The notes below the pieces were generated by a model that was not told where the DNA came from, did no database searches, and saw only the letters and a list, made by a program, of their open reading frames with translations. DNA of 32,000 bases from Clostridiales bacterium (GTDB lineage Bacteria > Bacillota > Clostridia > Clostridiales > Clostridiaceae). Each line of letters opens with the position of its first letter. Position 1 is the first letter of the stretch. The position numbers and the translations under genes were made by a program. This document shows, in pieces, positions 10,031-19,272 of this stretch. The stretch spans positions 2,147 through 34,146 of the forward strand of contig JAGHEJ010000039.1 in NCBI GenBank assembly GCA_017889345.1, written 5' to 3'.

Positions 10031-11240
10031 AAATTTTTGGCACTTTTATAACAAATGTTGCCCCACATATTTCATTGTTAAAAACTTCTATACTTCCATT
10101 TAATTTTTTTATAGAACTTTCTACAATTGAAAGTCCAAGTCCTGTTCCACGACTTTTAGTTTTTGAATTTAAAACCTTATAAAATCTTCCAAATATATCT
10201 TCAATTTCATTTTCAGGTATTCCAATACCATCATCAGAAAATTCTATAAATACATTTTCATTATCCTCATAACAAATAATTTTTAAAGTTGTTCCAAAAG
10301 AGTGTTTAATCGAATTATCTATTATATTGATGAAAATTTGACGCAAATATTTTTCACAACCTAATATTACAACTGAATTTTCTGGCAAAATTATTTTAAA
10401 TTTTGTTTTATCTATTTGTGGAATTAATAATTGTTTTATACTAAACAAAAGTTTAGTTATATCAATTTTTTGTTTGTTAATATCATTCTGCGTTTCAATC
10501 TCAGAAAATATTAAAATATCACTTATTAAATTATTTAATCTTATAGCCTCTCTATTTATGATGTCATAAAACATTTGACGATCCTCTTCCTCCTCAACAT
10601 TTTTTAGAGTTTCTGAGAATCCAATTATAGAAGTAAGAGGAGTTTTTAATTCGTGAGTAATATTAGATACAAACTCTTTACTCATTTGATCAAGTTTTTT
10701 GTATTCGGAAATATTTTTGAATTTGTATATTTTATATTCATCCGTAATATTTAAAACAGAACATAAAATATTTATATTTGTATATTTAGATGGCACTTCA
10801 AAATTTTCTGGCTTATAAAATTTCAAAATCCAATACAAACTTGTATCATTTATATTTTTATTAAGAAATTCCATCTTACTTTGTAAATTAAATAATTTTA
10901 AAGTTTCGTCATTCAAATAACTAATAGTATTTTTATTATCAATGATTAATATTCCCTCATCAAAAACATCAATTAAATTTTTTAAAATATAATTTTGTTC
11001 ATTAATCAAATTATTTTTCCTATGAATTTTATTTATCTTAATTTTTAACAAATCAATTATATTTTTTAATCTGAAATCTTTTTTGTTGGCCGTGTTTACA
11101 AAACTCTCTAAATAATTTTGAGAATTTATTTTAATAATTCCAATTAATATATTTTTGACTTTCTTACTATAAGAATAGAAACATATGAGAAATATAATTC
11201 CAGAAATTAAAATCCCTAAAACTAATCCTAAGATTATCAT
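10029..11240 (-). CDS. phoR: Sensor histidine kinase, PhoR-like
   Basis: It has an N-terminal TM helix, the H-box SNITHELKTPLTSIIGF, and N/G boxes (..DNSIKHS.., ..DDGIGIP.., ..GTGLGLSIV..). It is paired with an OmpR-type regulator directly upstream of pstS. The phoR assignment comes from context. Confidence 0.75.
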   Translation of the reverse strand: MIILGLVLGILISGIIFLICFYSYSKKVKNILIGIIKINSQNYLESFVNTANKKDFRLKNIIDLLKIKINKIHRKNNLINEQNYILKNLIDVFDEGILIIDNKNTISYLNDETLKLFNLQSKMEFLNKNINDTSLYWILKFYKPENFEVPSKYTNINILCSVLNITDEYKIYKFKNISEYKKLDQMSKEFVSNITHELKTPLTSIIGFSETLKNVEEEEDRQMFYDIINREAIRLNNLISDILIFSEIETQNDINKQKIDITKLLFSIKQLLIPQIDKTKFKIILPENSVVILGCEKYLRQIFINIIDNSIKHSFGTTLKIICYEDNENVFIEFSDDGIGIPENEIEDIFGRFYKVLNSKTKSRGTGLGLSIVESSIKKLNGSIEVFNNEICGATFVIKVPKI

Positions 11241-11243
11241 GTC

Positions 11244-11957
11244 TTATTTAAAATTAAATTTATATCCAATTCCTCTAACCGTCTCAATCAAAATTGGATT
11301 TTTATCATCATCTTCTATTTTTTTACGAAGGCTTCTAATATGTACATCAACTGTTCTGGTTTCGCCAACGTAATTATATCCCCATATACTATCCAAAATA
11401 TATTCTCTTGTAAAAACACGCCCATCACTTTTTATAAGCATGGCCAAAAGTTCAAACTCCTTAAAAGTCATCTCAAGTTTTACACCATTTTTATAAACTT
11501 CTCGTTTTTTTAGATCTACTTTTACATCTCCAAACTCAAAATTTTTAGACTCTAACATAGATACTTTGCTATTTAATTTTTGCATTCGTCTAAATACTGC
11601 ATTAATTCTTGCAATAATTTCTTTGACAGAAAACGGCTTACAAATATAATCATCTGCTCCCAATTCAAAAGCTAACACCTTATCAAATTCTCTACTTTTT
11701 GAAGAAAGAATAATAATAGGAATATCTTTCGTATACTCATTCTCAGAAAGTTCTTTACAAATTTCAAATCCATCTTTCTCAGGAAGCATTAAGTCAAGCA
11801 AAATAAGCTCAGAATTAAACTGAATAACATTTTCTACAATATCTAGCCCATGGGAAACATAATCTACATTAAAATTATTTTTAATAAGATTGTACTTGAG
11901 TAATTCTGCAATACTAGCATCATCTTCAACTATCAAAATCCTTTTATTATCACTCAT
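11244..11957 (-). CDS. phoP: OmpR/PhoB-family response regulator, PhoP-like
   Basis: The receiver domain has ILIVEDD and DLMLP. The winged-helix C-terminus reads ..RTVDVHIRSLRKKIE...IETVRGIGYKF. Confidence 0.8.
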   Translation of the reverse strand: MSDNKRILIVEDDASIAELLKYNLIKNNFNVDYVSHGLDIVENVIQFNSELILLDLMLPEKDGFEICKELSENEYTKDIPIIILSSKSREFDKVLAFELGADDYICKPFSVKEIIARINAVFRRMQKLNSKVSMLESKNFEFGDVKVDLKKREVYKNGVKLEMTFKEFELLAMLIKSDGRVFTREYILDSIWGYNYVGETRTVDVHIRSLRKKIEDDDKNPILIETVRGIGYKFNFK

Positions 11958-11981
11958 AAAATTTTATATCCTTTGCGAAGT

Positions 11982-12704
11982 TTAATTAATAAAGATAAAT
12001 GAGAATATTCTATTTAATGATTCTTTGTCTCTTCTATAAGAATAAAACTTTACGTCATTACTACAATGTGTACAATAATTTATAAGATTTATATTTTGTT
12101 CTAGAATCCCTTTACTTACAACAGAATTTTTAATACATTCAATCATGTTCAAATTATTTCCATAAAAAATATTAGGATTATTTTTAAATCTATGGTGATT
12201 AAGAAATTTTTCTCTCAAATCATCTTGAATTTCATAACAACATTTCATATTGTGTGGTCCAATATAAATAGTTATATCTTCCGCCTTTGAATTATATTTT
12301 TGAATGAATATATCAATAGCATTTAAAAATATTTCGTTATAAACACCCTTCCAACCACTATGTACAGCTGAAACAATTCCCTTATTTTCATCAAACAAAA
12401 AAATCGGCACGCAATCTGCCGTAAATACACCAACTGCTCTATTTTTTTGAGTAGTTATAAGCCCGTCCCCTTCAACTCTAGAAACGAAATCCTCATCACA
12501 AACATGAACAATATCACTATGAGTTTGAGAAACGGTATATATTTCGGACAATCCAAAAGATTTCTTTATAAAATCCATGTTTTCTTTGTAATTATCAAAT
12601 TTTGGATGTATTCCAAAATCAGTATTAGCAGTGGTAACAACCATCAAAATGTTTTGTACTTTTTTATGCAAAAAATATTTCTCGTCAATTTTAATTAATT
12701 CCAT
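11982..12704 (-). CDS. pgeF: YfiH/YlmD (PgeF) family laccase-domain, purine nucleoside phosphorylase-like protein
   Basis: It has family motifs ..TADCVPI.. and ..HSGWKG.. and a C-terminal C..C..YSYRR. It follows ylmC, as in the Bacillus dcw-distal block. Confidence 0.85.
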   Translation of the reverse strand: MELIKIDEKYFLHKKVQNILMVVTTANTDFGIHPKFDNYKENMDFIKKSFGLSEIYTVSQTHSDIVHVCDEDFVSRVEGDGLITTQKNRAVGVFTADCVPIFLFDENKGIVSAVHSGWKGVYNEIFLNAIDIFIQKYNSKAEDITIYIGPHNMKCCYEIQDDLREKFLNHHRFKNNPNIFYGNNLNMIECIKNSVVSKGILEQNINLINYCTHCSNDVKFYSYRRDKESLNRIFSFIFIN

Positions 12705-12727
12705 ATAAAACTCACCTTATATTAATT

Positions 12728-12994
12728 TTAATTACTCGGTTGCAATAAATCAAGATTAGTTCCATCAATTAATATAACATCAATTCCAATTTTAATTATT
12801 TTATCCCAAGGTATCTCAATGTAATTATTTTTTGAGAACCAAGAATTTCGATAATAAGCAATTAAAATTGAAGTTACAATTTGCCTATCGGTATCAATTT
12901 TAAAATCATTTATGTATCCAATTTTACCTCCTATACTTACGTCTATTATCTCCATAGTTTTAAGATTATTTAATGAAAATTCTCCATCATACAT
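12728..12994 (-). CDS. ylmC: YlmC/YmxH-family PRC-barrel sporulation protein
   Basis: It is an 88-aa PRC-barrel-like protein (..IIDVSIGGKIGYINDFKIDTD..IVTSILI..). Size and context fit the family. Confidence 0.75.
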   Translation of the reverse strand: MYDGEFSLNNLKTMEIIDVSIGGKIGYINDFKIDTDRQIVTSILIAYYRNSWFSKNNYIEIPWDKIIKIGIDVILIDGTNLDLLQPSN

Positions 12995-13133
12995 AAAAAT
13001 TTTTCCTCATAATTTTAATAAAAATTTTTATTAATCTATATGATGATAAAAATATATTTATACTTTTCATGAAAGAATAGTTATAATAGTATAGATAAAT
13101 AATAAAGATAAATTGTCGGAAAGGGGGAACATT

Positions 13134-15212
13134 ATGACATTAAGTTTTAAAGATTTAAATTGTTCTAAATGTGCAGAAAAAATAAAAAATGAGCTTTCGA
13201 AAACTTCATACATTTCAAATGTTAATGTAGATGTTCTTAATCAAAAATTACATTTAGAATTTAATGACGCATCAAATATAAATCAAAAAATTGCTGATAT
13301 TAAAGAACTTTGTATAAAAATAGAACCTGAAATGAGTTTCATTGATTCATTAAACTCAGAAAATACGAACAAAAATTTCAAACTTTATTTGTTTGTGATA
13401 GGTATAATTTTAACAATTCTTTCTTTCTTTTTAAAAGTTCCTATACAAATTGAATTTTTAATATGTTTTATAGCCTACATTTTAATTGGAAACAATGTAT
13501 TGCAAAAAACATTTTTCAATATAAAAAAGGGAATTTGGTTTGATGAAAACACATTAATGACCATTGCTACAATTTGTGCCTTCGCTATTGGGGAGTTTCA
13601 AGAAGCTGTAGCAGTTATGATCTTTTCACGAGTAGGTGAAATGATTCAGGATAAAGCCATAAATAAATCTAGAGCATCAATTACTAAATTGATGGATATA
13701 AAACCTGAAACGGCAAACATTTTAATTGATAATACAATTAAAACCATTCATCCAAGTCAAGTAAAAATTGGAGATATAATTGTTGTAAAACCTGGTGAAA
13801 AAATTCCATTAGATGGGGAAATTATTTTCGGAGAGTCTTCACTAGACACAAAAGCTCTAACTGGTGAGTCTTTACCAAGAAATGTTAAAGAAAATGATTC
13901 TGTTTTATCAGGATGTATAAACATAGATTCTCTTATTAAGATAAAAGTCTCATCTAAATTTGAAGACTCAACTGTTTTAAAAATATTAAATATGGTTGAG
14001 AATGCTAACTCCAAAAAATCTAATACCGAAACTTTCATAACAAAATTTGCAAAAATCTATACCCCAATCATTGTAATCATAGCTCTTATAATTGGAATAC
14101 TCCCTCCTCTTCTCATAAACGGAGAAAATTTTTCAACATGGATATATAGAGCATCAATATTTTTAGTTATATCTTGTCCTTGTGCATTAGTCATATCAAT
14201 TCCTTTAAGTTTTTTCAGTGGAATCGGAGTTGCATCTAAAAACGGAATCTTAGTTAAAGGTAGTAACTATCTAGAAGCACTAAACAATGTGTCTACTGTA
14301 ATTTTTGATAAGACAGGTACTTTAACAGAAGGAAAATTTTTCATAACAAAAATTGAACCAAACAATTGTAGTAAAGAGGAACTAATGGAATCAGCAGCCA
14401 TTGCCGAAAGTTTTTCAAATCACCCAATTGCAAAATCAATCGTTGAACATTACAACAAAAATATTGATAAAACACAAATTAAAAAGTATGAAGAAATTGC
14501 TGGACACGGAATCACAATAACATTAGACAATGATTTCATTATTGCTGGAAATGATAAACTAATGAAAAAATTCAATATTTCTATAAAAGAGACAACTCAA
14601 GATATTGGAACAAAAATTTACGTTGCAAAAAATAATTCTTACATGGGATATATTTTAATTTCAGATAAACTAAAAACAAATACTCATAAAACAATATCTG
14701 ATTTGAAAAAATTTGGAATTAAGAACACTGTGATGCTCACAGGAGATGACAAAACCATAGCTCAAAATATTTGCGACCAAATTGGAATAACAAAGTTTTA
14801 TCCAGAATTACTCCCTAACCAAAAAGTTGAACACGTAGAAGAACTTATAAAATCAAAAAATCCAAAATCCCATTTAGTATTTGTTGGAGATGGTATAAAC
14901 GATGCCCCATCACTTGCAATAGCAGACGTTGGAGTATCAATGGGAGGAGTTGGATCTGATGCAGCAATAGAAGCATCTGACATAGTTTTAATAGATGATG
15001 ATCCATATAAACTTGTAAAAGCAATGAAAATCGCAAAAATCACAAGAAGAGTTTCAATAGAGAACATTTCAATTTCTCTTGGAGTCAAACTACTTGTAAT
15101 AATTCTAGCCACATTTGGATTTTCATCCATATGGGCTGCTATCTTATCTGATGTTGGTGTATCACTGATTGTAATAATAAATTCTGTTAAAATTTTAAAT
15201 AAAGAGATATAA
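13134..15212 (+). CDS. Heavy-metal P1B-2-type ATPase (Zn/Cd/Pb exporter, CadA/ZntA-like)
   Basis: The ATG at 13134 follows AGGGGGA. It has an N-terminal HMA-like CSKC, TM6 CPCALVISIP, DKTGTLT, SNHP, GDGINDAP, TM7 N-x7-K (NISISLGVK) and TM8 DVG. These match the P1B-2 signature. Confidence 0.9.
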   Translation: MTLSFKDLNCSKCAEKIKNELSKTSYISNVNVDVLNQKLHLEFNDASNINQKIADIKELCIKIEPEMSFIDSLNSENTNKNFKLYLFVIGIILTILSFFLKVPIQIEFLICFIAYILIGNNVLQKTFFNIKKGIWFDENTLMTIATICAFAIGEFQEAVAVMIFSRVGEMIQDKAINKSRASITKLMDIKPETANILIDNTIKTIHPSQVKIGDIIVVKPGEKIPLDGEIIFGESSLDTKALTGESLPRNVKENDSVLSGCINIDSLIKIKVSSKFEDSTVLKILNMVENANSKKSNTETFITKFAKIYTPIIVIIALIIGILPPLLINGENFSTWIYRASIFLVISCPCALVISIPLSFFSGIGVASKNGILVKGSNYLEALNNVSTVIFDKTGTLTEGKFFITKIEPNNCSKEELMESAAIAESFSNHPIAKSIVEHYNKNIDKTQIKKYEEIAGHGITITLDNDFIIAGNDKLMKKFNISIKETTQDIGTKIYVAKNNSYMGYILISDKLKTNTHKTISDLKKFGIKNTVMLTGDDKTIAQNICDQIGITKFYPELLPNQKVEHVEELIKSKNPKSHLVFVGDGINDAPSLAIADVGVSMGGVGSDAAIEASDIVLIDDDPYKLVKAMKIAKITRRVSIENISISLGVKLLVIILATFGFSSIWAAILSDVGVSLIVIINSVKILNKEI

Positions 15213-15220
15213 AAAACAAG

Positions 15221-15250
15221 AAAGCTATCTAAATTAATTAGATAGCCTTT
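15221..15250. terminator. Bidirectional terminator (ATPase / sigG)
   Basis: The stem pairs gctatctaa (15224-15232) with ttagatagc (15238-15246). T-rich tracts follow on both strands. Confidence 0.75.
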
Positions 15251-15253
15251 ATT

Positions 15254-16024
15254 TTATATATATTTTCTCATATGTTTAAGCGCAGTTTTTTCAAGTCTTG
15301 AAACTTGAGCTTGAGAAATTCCAATCTCTTCTGCAACTTCCATTTGAGTTTTTCCCGTAAAAAATCTAAGATTTAAAATCATTGTCTCTCTTTTATTTAA
15401 TTTTTTCATTGCCTCTTTAATAGATATATCTTCAATCCAATTCTCATCACAATTCTTTGCATCACTTATTTGATCCAACACAAAAATTGAATCTCCTCCA
15501 TCGTGATAAATAGGTTCAAACAAAGAAACAGGATCTTGAATTGCATCTAATGCAAATACAACATCTTCTCTTGGAACATCTAACTCTTTTGCTATTTGAG
15601 ATATAGTAGGCTCCTTATTATTTTCAAGAATTAATTTATCCTTAACAATCAACGCTTTATAAGCTATATCTCTTAACGATCTACTAACTCTTATAGCATT
15701 ATTATCTCTTAAATATCTACGAATTTCTCCTATAATCATAGGAACTGCGTAAGTAGAAAATTTTACATTTTGACTTAAATCAAAATTATCTAACGCTTTT
15801 ATGAGACCAATACACCCTACTTGAAATAAGTCATCTACATTTTCTCCTCGATTGTTAAATCTATGTATAACACTTAATACCAACCTCAAATTTCCTTGAA
15901 TAAAAGTTTCTCTTGCTGTAGTATCTCCACTTCTCATTTTAAGTAAAAGTTCTTTCATTTCTTTATCTTTAAGCACTGGTAATTTTGATGTATTAACTCC
16001 ACATATTTCAACCTTACTTATCAT
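15254..16024 (-). CDS. sigG: Forespore RNA polymerase sigma factor sigma-G
   Basis: It is near-colinear with B. subtilis SigG (..KVEICGVNTSKLPVL.., ..FQVGCIGLIKALDNFDLSQNVKFSTYAVPMIIGEIRRYLRDNN.., ..GISQAQVSRLEK..). It lies after sigE. Confidence 0.96.
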   Translation of the reverse strand: MISKVEICGVNTSKLPVLKDKEMKELLLKMRSGDTTARETFIQGNLRLVLSVIHRFNNRGENVDDLFQVGCIGLIKALDNFDLSQNVKFSTYAVPMIIGEIRRYLRDNNAIRVSRSLRDIAYKALIVKDKLILENNKEPTISQIAKELDVPREDVVFALDAIQDPVSLFEPIYHDGGDSIFVLDQISDAKNCDENWIEDISIKEAMKKLNKRETMILNLRFFTGKTQMEVAEEIGISQAQVSRLEKTALKHMRKYI

Positions 16025-16060
16025 AATATCAGTCCCTTCAGAGTACTTAATCCTCTTTAG

Positions 16061-16089
16061 AGTATAACCGACATTATTCGATTTTATTC
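16061..16089 (-). promoter_or_regulatory. Candidate forespore (sigma-F/sigma-G type) promoter of sigG
   Basis: The minus strand reads GAATA, a 15-nt spacer, then GGTTATACT. This compares with sigma-F GywTA-15-GGnnAnAnT and with sigma-G gnATR / cATnnTA. It lies about 36 nt upstream of the sigG ATG, in the sigE-sigG gap where Bacillus has the same kind of promoter. Confidence 0.45.
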
Positions 16090-16127
16090 ATTCTTTTTAA
16101 CTCTTTTGTAAATATTTTGTAGTAATT

Positions 16128-16838
16128 TTAGAGCATTTTATTTATTTCTTTCTTCAACTTCTTGATTATTCTCTTCTCAAGACGAGATATATAAGATTGA
16201 GAAATACCTAAAAGATCCGCAACTTCTTTTTGAGTTTTTTCAATTGTACCATTTAATCCAAATCTCAAAGAAATAATTTCATGTTCCCTATTATTTAAAG
16301 AATCCATAGCAATAACAAGAAGGGTCTTGTCCACTTCTTCCTCAATAAATTCAAAAACATTATTTTCATCTGAGCCAAGTATGTCAGATAATAAAAGTTC
16401 ATTTCCATCCCAATCAGTATTTAAAGGTTCATAGAAAGATATTTCTCCCTTAACCTTATTTGATCTTCTTAAATACATTAAAATTTCATTTTCAATACAT
16501 CTAGACGCATATGTAGCTAATTTAATTTTCTTATCTGGATTAAAAGTATTTACTGCTTTAATTAAACCAATTGTGCCAACTGAAATTAAATCCTCAACCA
16601 TAATTCCAGTATTTTCAAATTTCTTTGCAATATATACAACTAACCTTAAATTTCTCTCAATAAGAATTGTGCGTGTACTATCATTATCTTCTAATAATAA
16701 TTTATTTATTAAGTCATCTTCCTCATCGCGTGTTAAAGGAGGTGGTAAAGCATCGCTACTTCCTATATAAAAAATAAATTTCGTCATTCCCTTTAATCGG
16801 AAAACTAAATTATTAATTAAGATTATAATTTTTTTCAT
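16128..16838 (-). CDS. sigE: Mother-cell sigma factor pro-sigma-E
   Basis: It has a pro-sequence followed by ..[17 protein letters not shown].., ..[18 protein letters not shown].., ..[20 protein letters not shown].. and ..[13 protein letters not shown]... Confidence 0.96.
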   Translation of the reverse strand: MKKIIILINNLVFRLKGMTKFIFYIGSSDALPPPLTRDEEDDLINKLLLEDNDSTRTILIERNLRLVVYIAKKFENTGIMVEDLISVGTIGLIKAVNTFNPDKKIKLATYASRCIENEILMYLRRSNKVKGEISFYEPLNTDWDGNELLLSDILGSDENNVFEFIEEEVDKTLLVIAMDSLNNREHEIISLRFGLNGTIEKTQKEVADLLGISQSYISRLEKRIIKKLKKEINKML

Positions 16839-16848
16839 TATTCTCCCC

Positions 16849-17619
16849 CTAAATTATACATCTCGATAATATTGCCTCAAATCGTTTTTCAGAATCTAAA
16901 CATGTTTGTGTTGTACACAATATAACATCTGTATAGAATTCATTAGAACTATTTTTGAAATGTACATTTCTTACTTTCACCCCTTCAAAATAAGAAGTAC
17001 TTCCTGTTATAACCTTATATGGAATTTTATAAAACTGTTTTTCATTATAGAAAATTCCTGGCATGCATCTTGTCTCAACAATTATTACTGGTAGACCGGT
17101 TACAGGTTCACGTAATTCATTACCAGTATCCAAGAACCCCTTAAACTTATAGACTCTTTTGTCATGCTTTAAAGTTATATTAAATATGTAATTATCAAAA
17201 AAGGTATTCTTTTTTATATATTTTTTTGCTATATCAGATATGACAAAAACAAGTAGAAAAATTACTAAAACAAATAAATAATTTACATTTTCAAAATTAT
17301 TATTGCAAAATGATACGACGCCAAATAACAAAAACGAAACCGTAATCAATGTAATAATTATTTGAAGAAAATATTGGATAGTAAATTTAGGAATGCAAAA
17401 ATATATATTGGCCAAAAACGAAATTAAAATTACAAAGAATAGATATACAATAGAATTTAAATTTAAAAATATAATTGTACATAATAACGAAGAAATTAAA
17501 GATGATAAAATCAATTTACGCAAATCTATTTTAAAATTGAGCATCTTAAAACTAATATAGAACACAAATAAATTAAAAATAAAGTTCTCGAATACTAAAA
17601 GGTCAAAATAAATAGTCAT
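16849..17619 (-). CDS. spoIIGA: Sigma-E processing aspartic protease SpoIIGA
   Basis: It has five N-terminal TM helices followed by ..[22 protein letters not shown].. (DTGN catalytic motif). It lies directly upstream of sigE. Confidence 0.92.
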   Translation of the reverse strand: MTIYFDLLVFENFIFNLFVFYISFKMLNFKIDLRKLILSSLISSLLCTIIFLNLNSIVYLFFVILISFLANIYFCIPKFTIQYFLQIIITLITVSFLLFGVVSFCNNNFENVNYLFVLVIFLLVFVISDIAKKYIKKNTFFDNYIFNITLKHDKRVYKFKGFLDTGNELREPVTGLPVIIVETRCMPGIFYNEKQFYKIPYKVITGSTSYFEGVKVRNVHFKNSSNEFYTDVILCTTQTCLDSEKRFEAILSRCII

Positions 17620-17735
17620 ATTTAACTGCCCCTTTTAAAATCATTTCTATATTATAAAGATTTCCATATTAAAATTTTGTTGTTTTTACTGTTACGCTGA
17701 ACAAATTTTTGTATAATATTTTACATTGTTCTCAC

Positions 17736-17767
17736 CAAAAAAATAAAAGCCACCATCACGGTAGCTT
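17736..17767 (-). terminator. Rho-independent terminator after ftsZ
   Basis: The minus-strand RNA reads agctacc-gtgat-ggtggct (one G:U pair) followed by tttatttttttg. Confidence 0.7.
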
Positions 17768-17775
17768 CTCAAAAA

Positions 17776-18915
17776 TTATTTATTAAAATCTCTCTTTCTT
17801 AAGAAAGCAGGAATTCCAAAATCATCATCTTTATCACTAGTTAATTTGAAATCCTTCTTCTCTTCAACCTTCTTAGCTGATTCTTCTTCAGACTTAGGAG
17901 CTTCTTTTTTAGGAGTTAATATCTCATCTTTTATTATCTCACTAACTTTTTTATTTGAACTTCCTTCAAACCCTGTAGCTATAAGAGTTACTCTGATCTC
18001 ATCTTTTAAATCTTCATCAATTACAGCACCAAACATAAATACTGCATCTTCATCAGTAGATTCTTGAACCATATTACCTGCTTCATGTATTTCATGTAAT
18101 GATAAATCTGGTCCTCCAGTAACGTTCATCAAAACTCCTGTAGCTCCAATAATTGATGTTTCTAATAATGGTGATGAAATAGCTTGTTTAGCAGCTTCTA
18201 TCGCTCTATTTTCACCAGTTCCTCTTCCAATTCCCATATGAGCAAGTCCCTTATCACTCATAATCGCCTTAACATCAGCAAAGTCTCTGTTAACTATACC
18301 AGGAATAGTTATAAGGTCTGATATACCTTGAACACCTTGTCTTAAAACATCATCTGCCTTCTTAAATGCTTCAAGTAATGAAGTCTTTTTATCAACCATC
18401 GTTAATAAACGTTCGTTTGGTATTGTTACAAGAGTATCAACTTTACTCATTAAATTTGCAATTCCCATATCAGCTTGAATCATTCTCTTTCTTCCTTCAA
18501 ATGGGAAAGGTTTCGTAACAACCCCAACCGTTAATATTCCTAAAGATTTTGCTATCTCAGCAACAACAGGTGCAGCTCCAGTTCCAGTTCCTCCACCCAT
18601 TCCAGCAGTTATAAATACAAGTTCTGCTCCTTGAATAGCATCTTTAATCATATCTTTGCTCTCTTCAGCAGCTTTTTCACCAATCTCAGGATTTGCGCCA
18701 GCTCCTAGACCCCTAGTTAATTTTTCACCAATTTGTATTTTAGATTCTGCCTTAGAAAGTCTTAAAGCTTGGTTATCTGTATTAACAACAATAAATTCAA
18801 CATTTTTCAATCCATCTTCAATCATTCGGTTAACGGCATTCCCACCGCCACCACCGCAGCCAACTACTTTTATTCTTGCATTTTGAAAAATACTATTCAT
18901 GTCAAAATCTAACAC
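17776..18915 (-). CDS. ftsZ: Cell division GTPase FtsZ
   Basis: It has ..[15 protein letters not shown].., GGGTGTG, and the C-terminal conserved peptide ..[12 protein letters not shown]... The GTG start lies 6 nt after GGAGGA, and the N-terminus MLDFD.. matches the MLEFE.. type. Confidence 0.97.
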   Translation of the reverse strand: MLDFDMNSIFQNARIKVVGCGGGGGNAVNRMIEDGLKNVEFIVVNTDNQALRLSKAESKIQIGEKLTRGLGAGANPEIGEKAAEESKDMIKDAIQGAELVFITAGMGGGTGTGAAPVVAEIAKSLGILTVGVVTKPFPFEGRKRMIQADMGIANLMSKVDTLVTIPNERLLTMVDKKTSLLEAFKKADDVLRQGVQGISDLITIPGIVNRDFADVKAIMSDKGLAHMGIGRGTGENRAIEAAKQAISSPLLETSIIGATGVLMNVTGGPDLSLHEIHEAGNMVQESTDEDAVFMFGAVIDEDLKDEIRVTLIATGFEGSSNKKVSEIIKDEILTPKKEAPKSEEESAKKVEEKKDFKLTSDKDDDFGIPAFLRKRDFNK

Positions 18916-19272
18916 ACTAATTCCTCCTATACTAGAAAAATTAAATTTTAACTTCTGTAAAACATATAACTAAATTAATAAATAAAAATAAATAACATTA
19001 AATATGTAAATAACTACAGTTCAAGTGATAGTCCCATTTAAAACTCTTTACATATAACATCACAAATAACTTTATACTTATTTCACAATACAAGTTTGAG
19101 ATATTTGTTAATATTTTTATATTAAGAATATTTTTTTAATTTATATAATACTTTCCATACAAAATAATTTCCCTAGTATAAATATATAAATTATAAAATA
19201 ATTCAAACTAGACTCAGTTATTCATATTAATCTCATTAAGGTATATTCAACAAAAAAGTCAAAACTCCTTGT

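Noticed and set aside
13065-13074. Perfect 10-bp palindrome TTTCATGAAA in the ATPase promoter region, considered as a metalloregulator operator
   Set aside because: It does not extend beyond 10 bp and does not resemble the ArsR/CadC/CzrA 12-2-12 operators I know. Palindromes of this length are expected many times by chance in DNA this AT-rich.
17620-17735. Search for Spo0A boxes (TGTCGAA) and a spoIIG-type promoter upstream of spoIIGA
   Set aside because: A TATAAT is present, but no acceptable -35 lies at 17 or 22 bp and no 0A box matches better than 4/7. This is not enough to report.
18916-19272. Possible decayed ftsA pseudogene or small basic protein (sbp-like) ORF in the ftsZ leader
   Set aside because: Manual three-frame translation of the minus strand shows stops every few codons, no SD-preceded ORF longer than about 15 codons, and nothing resembling FtsA motifs.
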